Assembly: GCA_964016885.1 (NCBI GenBank)
Contig: OZ024757.1
Span: forward strand, 22,630,001 to 22,694,000
Direction: 5' to 3'
Length of the DNA: 64,000 nt
DNA from: Eledone cirrhosa
Lineage: Eukaryota
Part shown: piece by piece, positions 53,086-64,000 of the stretch
Layout of the letters: each line of letters begins with the position of its first letter
Numbering within the stretch: position 1 is the first letter of the stretch
The notes under the pieces: generated by a model
The model's database searches: none
What the model saw: only the letters and a program-made list of their open reading frames with translations
Told to the model about the DNA's origin: nothing
Made by a program: the position numbers and the translations under genes

Positions 53086-53222
53086 ATTATTTTACGATCG
53101 TTTCTAGGACATATATGTGTTAGAATTGGTATGCATATTCAAAAGATCTATGTACAAAATTATACAAACTATCAGAGGAAATATACATACCTTCACATAT
53201 ATATGCTGTCTTCAGAAATAAT
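53086..53222 (-). ncRNA. Type I hammerhead motif with a ~104-nt stem II, inside an inverted duplication
   Basis: Minus strand: ATTATTT-CTGAAGA-cagCATATATATGTG...CACATATATGtccta-GAAA-CGATCG-TA-AAATAAT; arms ~53021-53134 and 53222-53345. Confidence 0.65.
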
Positions 53223-53494
53223 TTTGAATATGCATACCAATTCTAACACATATATGTCCTAGAAACGATCGTAAAATAATGAACTTTTTTTGTTTAATAT
53301 AAGGAACTGTTTCTTTATTTATTCATTATTTTTTTAATAATTTATCTTGACTCTGTTTTCCATTTATCTTTCACCGAAAGTGATTTTTGAATGCATCTCT
53401 TCTTTTCATGATATCCGGATTGCATTGAGTTCTTCATACGGATTGGACACTACCGTAAACTTTTGGTAGATTTATCTACATATATATATATATA

Positions 53495-54045
53495 CGTGGA
53501 AAAGTAAGAAATCGGAGAATAGACCGTTAAAACATGTTTATTTAAAACAGCACCCGGCAGTATTAAATATTCAAAGTGTTAATATTTAGGGGGCTAGAGA
53601 GTTAGCAGAGCGTAAGCACGTGGAAAAGTAAGAAATCGGAGAATAGACCGTTAAAACATGTTTATTTAAAACAGCACCCGGCAGTATTAAATATTCAAAG
53701 TGTTAATATTTAGGGGGCTAGAGAGTTAGCAGAGCGTAAGCACGTGGAAAAGTAAGAAATCGGAGAATAGACCGTTAAAACATGTTTATTTAAAACAGCA
53801 CCCGGCAGTATTAAATATTCAAAGTGTTAATATTTAGGGGGCTAGAGAGTTAGCAGAGCGTAAGCACATGGAAAAGTAAGAAATCGGAGAATAGACCGTT
53901 AAAACATGTTTATTTAAAACAGTACCCGGCAGTATTAAATATTCAAAGTGTTAATATTTAGGGGGCTAGAGAGTTAGCAGAGCGTAAGCACGTGGAAAAG
54001 TAAGAAATCGGAGAATAGACCGTTAAAACATGTTTATTTAACAGC
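53495..54045. repeat. 124-bp tandem repeat, about 4.4 near-identical copies, between TA runs
   Basis: C(G/A)TGGAAAAGTAAG at 53495, 53619, 53743, 53867 and 53991. Confidence 0.95.
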
Positions 54046-54316
54046 ACGTAAATACTGTATATATATATATATATATGCCATATATGTATATATATATGGC
54101 ATATGCTGGAAGAACAGTGTGTTTGAAGAAGGTTCAGAGATCGGAGTGTGTTGTGCATCTTAAAGAATCTAATTTAGTAAAGTGAAAGTGGGTATTGTGT
54201 AAGGTGCACCTCTGGCAAGCTGAACTGTGAAATGTAAAGTGGCTTCAACATGCTAAACATATTGATTTCACATTTAACGCCAGACTTTCTGACCAATTGT
54301 TTATTGTTTTCATATG

Positions 54317-54913
54317 ATATACAACAATAACAACACTAACAATGCATACAACAGTAACAACAATAACAACACATACAACAACACTAACAACAATAACAAC
54401 ACATACAGCAACACTAACAACACATACAGCAGTAACAACACTAACAACAATAACAACAACAATAACAACACTAACAACGATAATAACAATAACAACAACA
54501 ATAACAACACTAATAACAATAACAACACATACAACACTAACAACACTAAAAACAGTATCAACACTAACAACAATAACAACAACAATAACAACACTAACAA
54601 CAATAACAACAACAATAACAACACTAACAACAATAACAACAACAATAACAACAGTAACAACACTAACAACAATAACAACACTAACAACAATAAAACAACA
54701 ATAACAACACTAACAACAATAACAACAACACTAACAACAATAACAACAATAACAACAACAACAACAATAACAACAATAAAAACAACAAAAAGAAAAGAAA
54801 ATGAAAACAAAAAGGAAAAAATAATGAACAAAATACAACACCACCAGCAGCAACAGCAACAACAACGGCAACAACAACTACAATAACAGCAGCAGCAACA
54901 ACAACAACAACAA

Positions 54914-55005
<92 letters not shown>

Positions 55006-55410
55006 GCAGCAGCAGCAGCAATAAATATCATATAAATAAAATATATTATAGTGTAATGATTGTGGTGGGATGGAGGTGGCGGTGGTGATGGTGGTGGTGG
55101 TGGTGGTGGTGGTGGCAGAGGTGGTGGTGGCGGAGGTGGTGGTGATGGTGGTGGTGATGATGGTGATGGTGGTGGTGGTGGTGGCGGTGGTGATGATGGT
55201 GATGGAGGTTGCAGTGGTGGTGGTGGTAGTGGTGGTGGTGGTGGTGGTTGTGGTGATGATAATTATGGTGGTGGTGGTGGTTGTTGTGGTAGTGGTGATG
55301 ATGATAATGAGAGTTATTATTATGATGATGATATTGGTAATGATGATGGTGATGATGATGATATTGGTGATGTTGATGATGGTATTGGTGGTGATGGTAT
55401 AGTTGATGAT
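54317..55410. repeat. (AAC)n, (CAG)n and (GGT/GAT)n trinucleotide tracts
   Basis: Directly visible. Confidence 0.95.
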
Positions 55411-56531
55411 AGTACTAATGAAAGTAATACTAAACATCAGTTATTTTGCTAAAGAGACCATTTTTCTCATTTCTATTTTATTTATTTAGTTTTTTATCAG
55501 TTTTTATTTGTATTTTCAATTTTTTTTTTGTTTTTTTTTTGTTTTCATTTTTCCAAAGTTAGTCAATTTTCCAGAAAATATTATTTCTATTTATGGCCAT
55601 TGCATGCAGTTTGGGGATATTTTATCGAAATTGACTTCTGGGAATTTATGAAGAAACTTCAATTATTTTTATTATGTTCTTTATTTTAATTTTTTAATTT
55701 TTATTTTTAATTCAATCGAGAATATTGAAGATTGCTTCAAAATAATAAAAATAAAATCTAGTATTTCAAATAAAGAAGATACTGATTTTTATTAATGAGA
55801 AGTATTTCCTCTGTTTATAGTTAAATAATTAGATTAGGAAACATAAATTGTTTATTTTGCTTAACTCTTAACCTCCTGTAAAGATTTAGCAGAAAATATT
55901 AAAAAAAGACTGGTTTGTTAACTCAAATGTTTATAGTATCTTTCTTATTCAAATCAAATTTTACAAGGTAACAGTATTAAACCCCGGGTTTAACAACATG
56001 TAATTTTTATTTTCATTCGGATTAAAACAATATAACATTTAATCTAAAATAATCTTTCTATAATTAATTATAAGTAAGCGCCATTTTATAACACGACGAC
56101 AGCAACGGCACATTTTGTATGCGAGTGTGTTTGCATCTGTGAGTGTGTGGGTCTTTCTGCATTTGTTACGTACATTAGGCCTTAGTAAGTTACATAGACA
56201 CATCTTCACGTAAATATTTAATCAGATACAGAGAATCAAACACACACACACATCTACACATACATATGTGATAACGGACAAGTACATGTGTGTGTGAGTG
56301 TATATGAGATTGTATATGTGTGTGAGTATGCATACATTTCTGTGACAACTGACATAACGAAAGCTGGGAGTGAAACTGTGTGTTTGTATGAATGGATGTA
56401 TGTGTGTGTTTTTTTAAGTTGTGAATGTAAGTGTGTATATTTGGTTAATTTACACTGCATACAAAAATAGAGATTAATACATATATATTTCTTTTGGATG
56501 TTGATATTTATTTGTTTATAATATTGAAGTG

Positions 56532-56810
56532 AAGGCGCATGGCTTAGTGGTTAGAGCATTGGGCTTGCAATCGAAAGGTTGTGAGTTCAATTCTCGGACC
56601 GGGTAATGTGTTGTTTCCTTGAGCAAGACACTTTATTTCACATTGCTCCAGTTTACTCAGCTGTAGAAATGAGATGAAGAGGTACTGGCCTGCCCACCCA
56701 GCCAGTGGGATGGCGTTATCTTATGGCTAAAACAGCACGACGTGCTGTGACCAGCGGCGCCGAATGGACGCCCGACAGACTGGTCAGTCAAGGTACACAA
56801 GGTGATAATA
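56532..56810 (+). mobile_element. SINE with family-A tRNA head and core but a different 3' half
   Basis: Matches 60952-61097 up to GTAGAAATGAGATGA (~56677), then unrelated sequence. Confidence 0.8.
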
Positions 56811-57321
56811 TTGAACAAAAAAAATGTCTTTATACTAAAAATTCTTCTCATACCTATAGTTTTGCCATTTGAATTTAAGAGGCTTTAGTTTCCAGTCAAA
56901 CACTAAGTTTTGATATTTCAATTAACAAATCTCAGGGTCAATCCCTCAAGGTAGTTGGACTTGATCTCTCTACTACATGTTTCTCCCACTCTATGTTGGT
57001 TGCTCACGAGTTGGAAACAGCAACAATTTATTCATTTGCACACCAACAAAAAACTACACGATGAATACTGTTTATCTGAGGTGCTTCAAGGTTGACAGAT
57101 TTTCATTTCTAAATTCTATTATCATTACAAATTTGATATTTAAAAAAATAAAATATGATATTTTGAAATAATTATGAGAAAAAAAACATATCTTCATATT
57201 TATTGTTTACTAATCTGAATAAGAACAGCAGTAATCCAGGCACCGCCAGGTCATTCAGCTAGTATTATATATATATCTAACCCATGCTAGCATGGATGAT
57301 GATGATGTTATATGTATGTGC

Positions 57322-57361
<40 letters not shown>

Positions 57362-57404
57362 GATAAAAAGGACGATTGATTATTCCTTCATTGCATTTAT
57401 TGAT

Positions 57405-57491
57405 AGGTGACGCGCGTTTCACCATTGATCAGCTCAAGGTTCGATCTGTATCGATCCTACCCTACTCAATAATCTGCAGCTCGACGGACCT
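57405..57491 (-). ncRNA. Hammerhead-like motif with non-canonical core CCGUCGA
   Basis: Minus strand: AGGT-CCGTCGA-[60-nt stem II]-GAAA-CGCGCG-TC-ACCT, then AATAAA; further copies at 61694-61779 (-) and 61805-61890 (+). Confidence 0.6.
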
Positions 57492-57553
57492 TCTTAAAAT
57501 GCTATAAGAAAATGAAATACATGCTATGTGATAAAGTCAGATATTCGGATATA

Positions 57554-57622
<69 letters not shown>

Positions 57623-57623
<1 letters not shown>

Positions 57624-57752
57624 AAGGAGGCCTGGAAATGTCATTATGAGAGACTGATGAATGTGGAGAACGAATGGGAGAGAGAGAAATTACTCCCAGT
57701 AGATCCGACAGGGGGAGCAGCGTTTGAGATTGACGAATATAGGGTGCAAGAG
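57623..57752 (+). mobile_element. Internal RTE fragment
   Basis: [36 protein letters not shown], almost identical to part of the 25047 ORF. Confidence 0.9.
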
Positions 57753-57987
57753 GATCCTATATTTGTCAATATACCTATATCATCATTTCATTTTTTCATT
57801 TTACGTCTGCTTTTTCCCTGCTTGCAAGGGTGGGACATAAAGTTATGATTGAAAGTATTTACATAAATATAAATACTTCAAAATCAACAACTTTCTATTG
57901 TAAAACCAGGGGTGGTTTCAAGCAGTTTGGTATCCAAAGTGTTAGGGTCCTATCTTCCACTAATTTTGCATTTGGATCATAACTTAA

Positions 57988-58188
57988 CCCTTTAACATTT
58001 AAACCGGCCAGAATTCTCTAACCTCTTTCTATTCAAACTGGCAGCTCATACTGATTTTAAGGTATTGTTCTCAAAATAAATGATATCAAAATCTCATAGA
58101 TTCGATATTATGTGAGATAATTATGTGAGGTAATGACTTTACCACAAAAATATAGTGGTATATAGAGAGTAATATAAATACTAAAGGA
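57988..58188. mobile_element. Second TTAA MITE copy, opposite orientation
   Basis: TTAA|CCCTTTAAC...CTAAAGGA|TTAA; reverse-complement homologue of 39127-39492; empty-site paralogue at ~58331-58370. Confidence 0.82.
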
Positions 58189-58381
58189 TTAACTAAGGTT
58201 TTTACATAAAATCATGCATGACAGAAAGTATTTCAATAAATATAGACACTTTAAAATCTATTGTAGACACGGGTGGTTTCAAATAGTTTGGTATCAAAAG
58301 TGTTAGGGTGCTATTTTCAACTAAGTTTGTATTTGGATCATGATTTAACTCAGGTTTTTACATAAAATTAAGATAATTTTC

Positions 58382-58715
58382 TTTTTATTTGCCACCAGGG
58401 CATCAAAAAGTGGGACATGTACAATGGGGGGAGTTTACATAACAAGGCGTCCTCAATAAGGAGGAGGCAATAACAAAATATAAAAACAAAATAAAATATA
58501 ACAAAATAAAATTTATAACAAAATCCTCACACACACCCCCGAAAAAAAGTGTGCAACCCTTCTCCTCAGGAGCACAGAGAGGGGGTGCTCCCTTGGTCTT
58601 TCATCTTCCTCACCTATAGTCTGATGTAGAGTGAAGGCCCATTCACACGGGCCATTCTCGCCACTTTCACCCATCTTTCATAAAAACGGCTGGGGTGCAG
58701 CACCTCTCTCTCCAT
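58382..58715 (-). mobile_element. Probable Tx1/L1-type LINE 3' end
   Basis: Minus strand reads EREVLHPSRFYERWVKVARM..IRL* (resembles the E..L...F..RW ORF2 terminus), then a T-rich UTR, AATAAA and an A-rich end. Confidence 0.45.
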
Positions 58716-59094
58716 ATAGAAAGTATTTAAATTAATCTAGACACTTTAAAATCTATAGTAAAACCAGGGCTGGTTTCAAGCAGTTTGGTATCAAAAGAGT
58801 TAAGAAGATATTTTTCAGTGATGTAATTAATAAAACTTTTGTAAATTCCTCTTGATTTGGCGGCTTTATAACTGTTATATCTACTTCCATGACAATTGCT
58901 TTTAAAAGTTATTAATAATCATTTGTCTTAAATCTGACAATTGAATACTTTCTTTAGAAGAATCTTTGATACTTCTTTTTGACCAATTAAGTTCCATCTT
59001 AACAAGATCATTGAAGAGATCTTTAGAATAGTCAACCCCTTGGCTATGTTTACTTGTTGGTAACTGGTTGGTGCAGTTGGTGCAGCTAGTGCCA

Positions 59095-60050
59095 TTGTTC
59101 TTGTTGTTGTTGGTGGTGGTGGTGGTACTGTTGTTGGTGGCAGTGTTATTGTTGTTGTTGGTAGTGGTGGTGTTGTTGTTACTGTTGTTGTTGTTGTTGT
59201 CATTGGTGGTGGTACTGTTGTTGTTGTTGTCATTGGTGGTGGTACTGAAGTTGATGTTGGTGGTGGTGTTACTGTTGTTGGTAGTGGTGGTGGTGTTGTT
59301 ACTGTTGTTGTTGGTGTTGTTGTTGTCATTGGTGGTGGTACTGAAGTTGATGTTGGTGGTGGTGTTATTGTTGTTGGTGGTGGTGGTGTTGTTGTTACTG
59401 TTGTTATTGGCGTTGTTGATGGTGGTGGTGTTGTTGTCATCGGTGGTGGTACTGATGTTGGTGGTGGTGGTGGTGTTGTTGATGGTGGTGGTGGTGGTAT
59501 TGTTGTTGTCATCGGTGGTGGTACTGATGTTGGTGGTGGTGTTACTGTTGTTGTTGGTAGTGGTGTTGTTGTTACTGTTGGTGGTTGTGGTGTTGTTGTT
59601 ACTGTTGGTGGTTGTGGTGTTGTTGTTACTGTTGGTGGTTGTGGTGTTGTTGTTACTGTTGGTGGTTGTGGTGTTGTTACTGTTGTTGTTGGTAGTGGTG
59701 TTGTTGTTACTGTTGGTGGTTGTGGTGTTGTTGTTACTGTTGGTGGTTGTGGTGTTGTTGTTACTGTTGGTGGTTGTGGTGTTGTTACTGTTGTTGTTGG
59801 TAGTGGTGTTGTTGTTACTGTTGGTGGTTGTGGTGTTGTTACTGTTGTTGTTGGTAGTGGTGTTGTTGTTACTGTTGGTGGTTGTGGTGTTGTTGTTACT
59901 GTTGGTGGTTGTGGTGTTGTTGTTACTGTTGGTGGTTGTGGTGTTGTTACTGTTGTTGTTGGTAGTGGTGTTGTTGTTACTGTTGGTGGTTGTGGTGTTG
60001 TTACTGTTGTTGTGTTCACTGGTGTTATTGTTATTGTTGTTGTTATTTCC
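59095..60050. repeat. GTT/GGT minisatellite (27/30-bp units); reads as Thr/Pro-rich on the - strand
   Basis: Directly visible. Confidence 0.9.
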
Positions 60051-60441
60051 AATCTTCCTTTCTGTAATATTATTCTCTCCTTATCTCTTATCTCAAAATA
60101 AATGGAAAATATTTTCCCACTGATTACCTTTGGCCATATTTAATAAACCTAAACTGAAAGAACTAACTAAATATAGTTAAATTGTCTATTCCTAGACACA
60201 GTACATTAGTACTTTAGTACATTAGTATACAACAATAAGACCACTGAGCTATGCTAAATAACTTTTGGTAATTATATTATCAGTGTTTGTTTTTCAGGTG
60301 TTACTTACATTTACATATTTTAAAATAAACTTCACAATTGATAAGATTTAGTTCATTTCCTTTGTTTGGATTTCTTTGTTTGCTTCTTTCTTTCTAATGC
60401 AATTGTCTTCTACTTTTTTTCTACTTCTTTATTCATTTACT

Positions 60442-60511
<70 letters not shown>

Positions 60512-60515
<4 letters not shown>

Positions 60516-60675
60516 CTAAGTATGTTTTGAAACAGTGAGCAGGTTTGAAATTAGAAAATAGAATAGCTTTCACCATATTACTCATTACGTCAATAGTCAT
60601 CTTTTTCCATTTATCTGAGGGTTCTAAACCCCATTATCAGGCTAAAATACCTTTAGTCAAAAATACGGTGAAAGC

Positions 60676-60710
<35 letters not shown>

Positions 60711-60870
60711 CTAAGTATGTTTTGAAACAGTGAGCAGGTTTGAAATTAGAAAATAGAATAGCTTTCACCATATTACTCATTACGTCAATACTCATCTTTT
60801 TCCATTTATCTGAGGGTTCTAAACCCCATTATCAGGCTAAAATACCTTTAGTCAAAAATACGGTGAAAGC

Positions 60871-60875
<5 letters not shown>
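60512..60875. repeat. Direct duplication (period 195 bp) bounded by (TA)n
   Basis: Blocks starting at 60512 and 60707 are nearly identical. Confidence 0.93.
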
Positions 60876-60901
<26 letters not shown>

Positions 60902-60951
60902 CTCTAACCACTAAGCCATGTGCCCCCATATATATATATATATATATATAT

Positions 60952-61279
60952 GGGGGCACATGGCTTAGTGGTTAGAGCATTGGCCTTGCAATCAAAAGGT
61001 TGTGAGTTCAATTCTCAGACCGGGTGATGTGTTGTTTCCTTGAGCAAGACACTTTATTTCACATTGCTCCAGTTTACTCAGCTGTAGAAATGAGATGATA
61101 GGGACTGGGGTCCATATCATTCCACTGCAAAGTGGTCGTGCAGGTGCCACGGCAAAAAAGCACCCAGCACTCACTGTAAATGAGGTTGGTGTTAGGAAGA
61201 GCATCCAGCTGTAGAAATCAAGCCAGAATCAGTTCCCGTCCCACCCTTGCAAGCAGGGAAAAGCGGACGTAAAATGAAA
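60952..61279 (+). mobile_element. Full-length SINE family A
   Basis: A box, B box, CCTTGAGCAAGACACTT core, and 3' end CCGTCCCACCCTTGCAAGCAGGGAAAAGCGGACGTA matching the RTE 3' end at 25047-25082. Confidence 0.93.
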
Positions 61280-61454
61280 TAACTGGAGGCTGGACTGGTG
61301 TAAATCCTTGAAAGGTTTATTATACTATGATCATTTCAATGACCGGGTTCAGTATGAATGATGATGTCACCGGATTCATACTGAACCCGGTCATTGAAAT
61401 GATCATAGTATAATAAACCCTTTAAGGAATTACACCAGTCCAGCCTCCTGTTAT
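61279..61454. other. Inverted duplication containing a hammerhead truncated at the first core base
   Basis: + strand: TGATGA(61359)-TG..ACCGG aTTCA tac TGAAc CCGGT CAtt-GAAA-TGATCA-TA-GTAT-AATAAA; the left arm is the reverse complement of the right arm. Confidence 0.65.
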
Positions 61455-61594
61455 TATATAATAATTAACTCCGTACTCGCACCACCAACTACACACAAGT
61501 GAGTTGCATTGCGTCGAGTGCTCTCCATAAGATTATATCGAGATTGACCATGCGGAATGACCAGTTCTATCCAGTGGTAAACCAACAAACCTAA

Positions 61595-61643
<49 letters not shown>

Positions 61644-61646
<3 letters not shown>

Positions 61647-61942
61647 AAAGGATAACAAGGACGATTGGTTACTCCTTCAATACATTTATTGGTAGGTGAC
61701 GCGCGTTTCGCCACTGATCAGATCAAGGTTCGATCTGTATCGATCATACCCGACTCAATAATCGGCAGCTCGATGGACCCTCATTTTTTTATACCATTTT
61801 AAAGGGTCCGTCAAGCCACTGATTATTGAGTTGGGTAAGATCGATACAGATCGAACCTTGAGCTGATCAGTGGCGAAACACGCGTCACCTACCAATAAAT
61901 GTAATGAAGGAGTAACCAATCGTCCTTGTTATCCTTTCAATA
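61644..61942. other. Inverted pair of variant-core hammerhead elements
   Basis: Arms ~61644-61781 and 61803-61942; both ends abut TA. Confidence 0.75.
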
Positions 61943-62051
61943 TATTACACTCTGTATAGCTCTACACCTCAACACAGAAGTGAACCTAAACATCGAGTGC
62001 TCACCCAGGTGAACCTGCAGTAACTCCAAGTTACACTCCCTAGTACATATA

Positions 62052-62117
<66 letters not shown>

Positions 62118-62120
<3 letters not shown>

Positions 62121-62258
62121 CGAAGGAAATGTGGTAAGGAACCAGGTGGACCATAACGCACCAAAGTACTCAATACTTGAGGTAGTAGAGTGGGTATTAG
62201 GAACCAGTAAGACCCCGACAGCTGAGCTCAAGCCGTTTCGACGGCTAATTCTGGACAG

Positions 62259-62262
<4 letters not shown>
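62118..62262 (-). mobile_element. Third copy of the 7316-7520 pseudo-LTR-like family
   Basis: Minus strand: GAAA-CGGC TTGAGCTCA GCTG-TC-GGGGTC, then the shared body; flanked by (TA)n. Confidence 0.6.
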
Positions 62263-62300
<38 letters not shown>

Positions 62301-62821
62301 AAGTATATATAAACCTGTAGAGCAAATATTTATTATTAGTACAGTTTAAAGTTTAAGCAAAGAACGCAAAACACAATTCAAGTCCAGGAATTGAACCCTG
62401 AAGTTCAACACACTTGCCACAAGGCCACACATGGAAATCAAGTTGAAAATGTTACAATCCTGAGCCAACACACTAACCACTAAGCCAGATATCTACTCCA
62501 TAAACACATGTAATTCCTTTACATGCACAATCATGATAAAATACAAAGGTTTTTTTCTTGTTTTTTGTTTTGTTTTATAAGTATTTTTTTTTTTAGGTGT
62601 TGTTTCGTTTTGTTTTTTTCATTGTTGTAGTAAACAAGCAAGATTGATATCTTGAGAACAATTAAACGAAATATCCGCCATTTAATTGATTAAGAAGTTA
62701 ATAGCGGAACATATCACAGACTAAATATTACAGGATACTATTCAATAATCTGATTGGAAATGTGATAAAAACAATGGCTGATTTCACAATATACGAGCAA
62801 AGATCCAATCAATACCGAAAC

Positions 62822-62903
62822 AATGAACAGGTCTGTTGATTGTGTTTTGTTTATTGATCTGGTTTAGACCTAATCTGTAAAGAGAGGGGGAGGGTTTGGT
62901 GAT

Positions 62904-62960
<57 letters not shown>

Positions 62961-63280
62961 TATATATACAATATATATATACTATATATATATATATATA
63001 CAATATATATATACTATATATATACTATATATATATACTATATATATACTATATATATATATACTATATATATACTATATATATATACTATATATATATA
63101 CTATATATACATACTATATATATATACTATATATACATACTATATATATATACTATATATATATATATATATATACTATATATATATACTATATATATCA
63201 CCAAACCCTCCCCCTCTCTCTTTACAGATTAGGTCTAAACCAGATCAATAAACAAAACACAATCAACAGACCTGTTCATA
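62822..63280. repeat. Foldback: ~85-bp inverted arms around a ~290-bp TA-rich spacer
   Basis: 62822-62902 is the reverse complement of 63197-63280. Confidence 0.9.
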
Positions 63281-63365
63281 TATATATATATAGTATATAT
63301 ATATATGAACAGGTATATGTATATATATGTATATATATATGTATATATGTATATATATATATATA

Positions 63366-63418
<53 letters not shown>

Positions 63419-63421
63419 TGT

Positions 63422-63748
63422 ATCATCATCATCATCTTACGTCCGCTTTTCCCTGCTTGCAAGGGTGGGACGGGAACTGATTCTGGCTTGATTTCTACAG
63501 CTGGATTCCCTTCCTAACACCAACCTCATTTACAGTGAGTGCTGGGTGCTTTTTTTTTGCCGTGGCACCTCCACGACCACTTTGCAGTGGAATGATAGGG
63601 ATCCCAGTCCCTATCATCTCATTTCTACAGCTGAGTAAACTGGAGCAATGTGAAATAAAGTGTCTTGCTCAAGGAAACAACACATCACCTGGTTTGAGAA
63701 TTGAACTCACAACCTCTCGATTGCAAGGCCAATGCTCTAACCACTAAC
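63422..63748 (-). mobile_element. SINE family A
   Basis: Reverse complement of 60965-61279. Confidence 0.9.
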
Positions 63749-63921
63749 CTGCATCCTTTAAGGCCTCCATGCTTCCCGAGATTCGCCAACACTACACCTA
63801 ATGTTCCCCCTCCATACACATACACACATGTATATCATGACTCATACACTTCCCTGACATTTGTGTATTATTCTACGTACTATACATGCACCTTTGATGA
63901 GTTGTAGTGCACCTGAGCATT
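63749..63921 (+). mobile_element. CR1 extreme 3' end; a partial TTAA-MITE copy follows to the window end
   Basis: Reverse complement of 15935-16075. Confidence 0.8.
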
Positions 63922-64000
63922 ATAATTATCTCACATAATATTGAGAACAATACCATAACATTGGTATGAATGGCCAGTTACAGCCGGTTTGAACAGAAAG

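Noticed and set aside
54310-55452. Poly-Asn/Gln, poly-Cys and Gly-rich ORFs
   Set aside because: Pure trinucleotide tracts.
60952-61025. tRNA gene
   Set aside because: A and B boxes are present, but the sequence continues into a multi-copy SINE body and there is no convincing cloverleaf.

Overview
Eukaryotic, AT-rich, repeat-saturated non-coding DNA. The SINE/RTE/(TA)n/(CA)n make-up resembles octopus-type cephalopod genomes (inference, not verified). Nearly all ORFs in the track are microsatellite artefacts. Real content: a 5'-truncated RTE-clade LINE with an uninterrupted RT reading frame (25011-27258, -) plus degraded copies; CR1 and probable Tx1/L1 3' fragments; a Neptune-type Penelope GIY-YIG fragment; two tRNA-derived SINE families; two TTAA piggyBac-type MITEs with empty-site paralogues in the window; a Tc1/mariner mini-MITE; a non-autonomous Helitron; several minisatellites; and one candidate host exon (41338-41491, -). 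The main hidden signal is about 15 type I hammerhead-ribozyme motifs or half-motifs from roughly 8-9 unrelated sequence families. Most lie in inverted duplications embedded in (TA)n and many are followed by AATAAA, the expected footprint of Penelope-like pseudo-LTRs. One three-copy family has hammerhead geometry but a non-canonical core (consensus CCGUCGA instead of CUGANGA). All folds were paired by eye, coordinates may be off by a few bases, and activity is untested.
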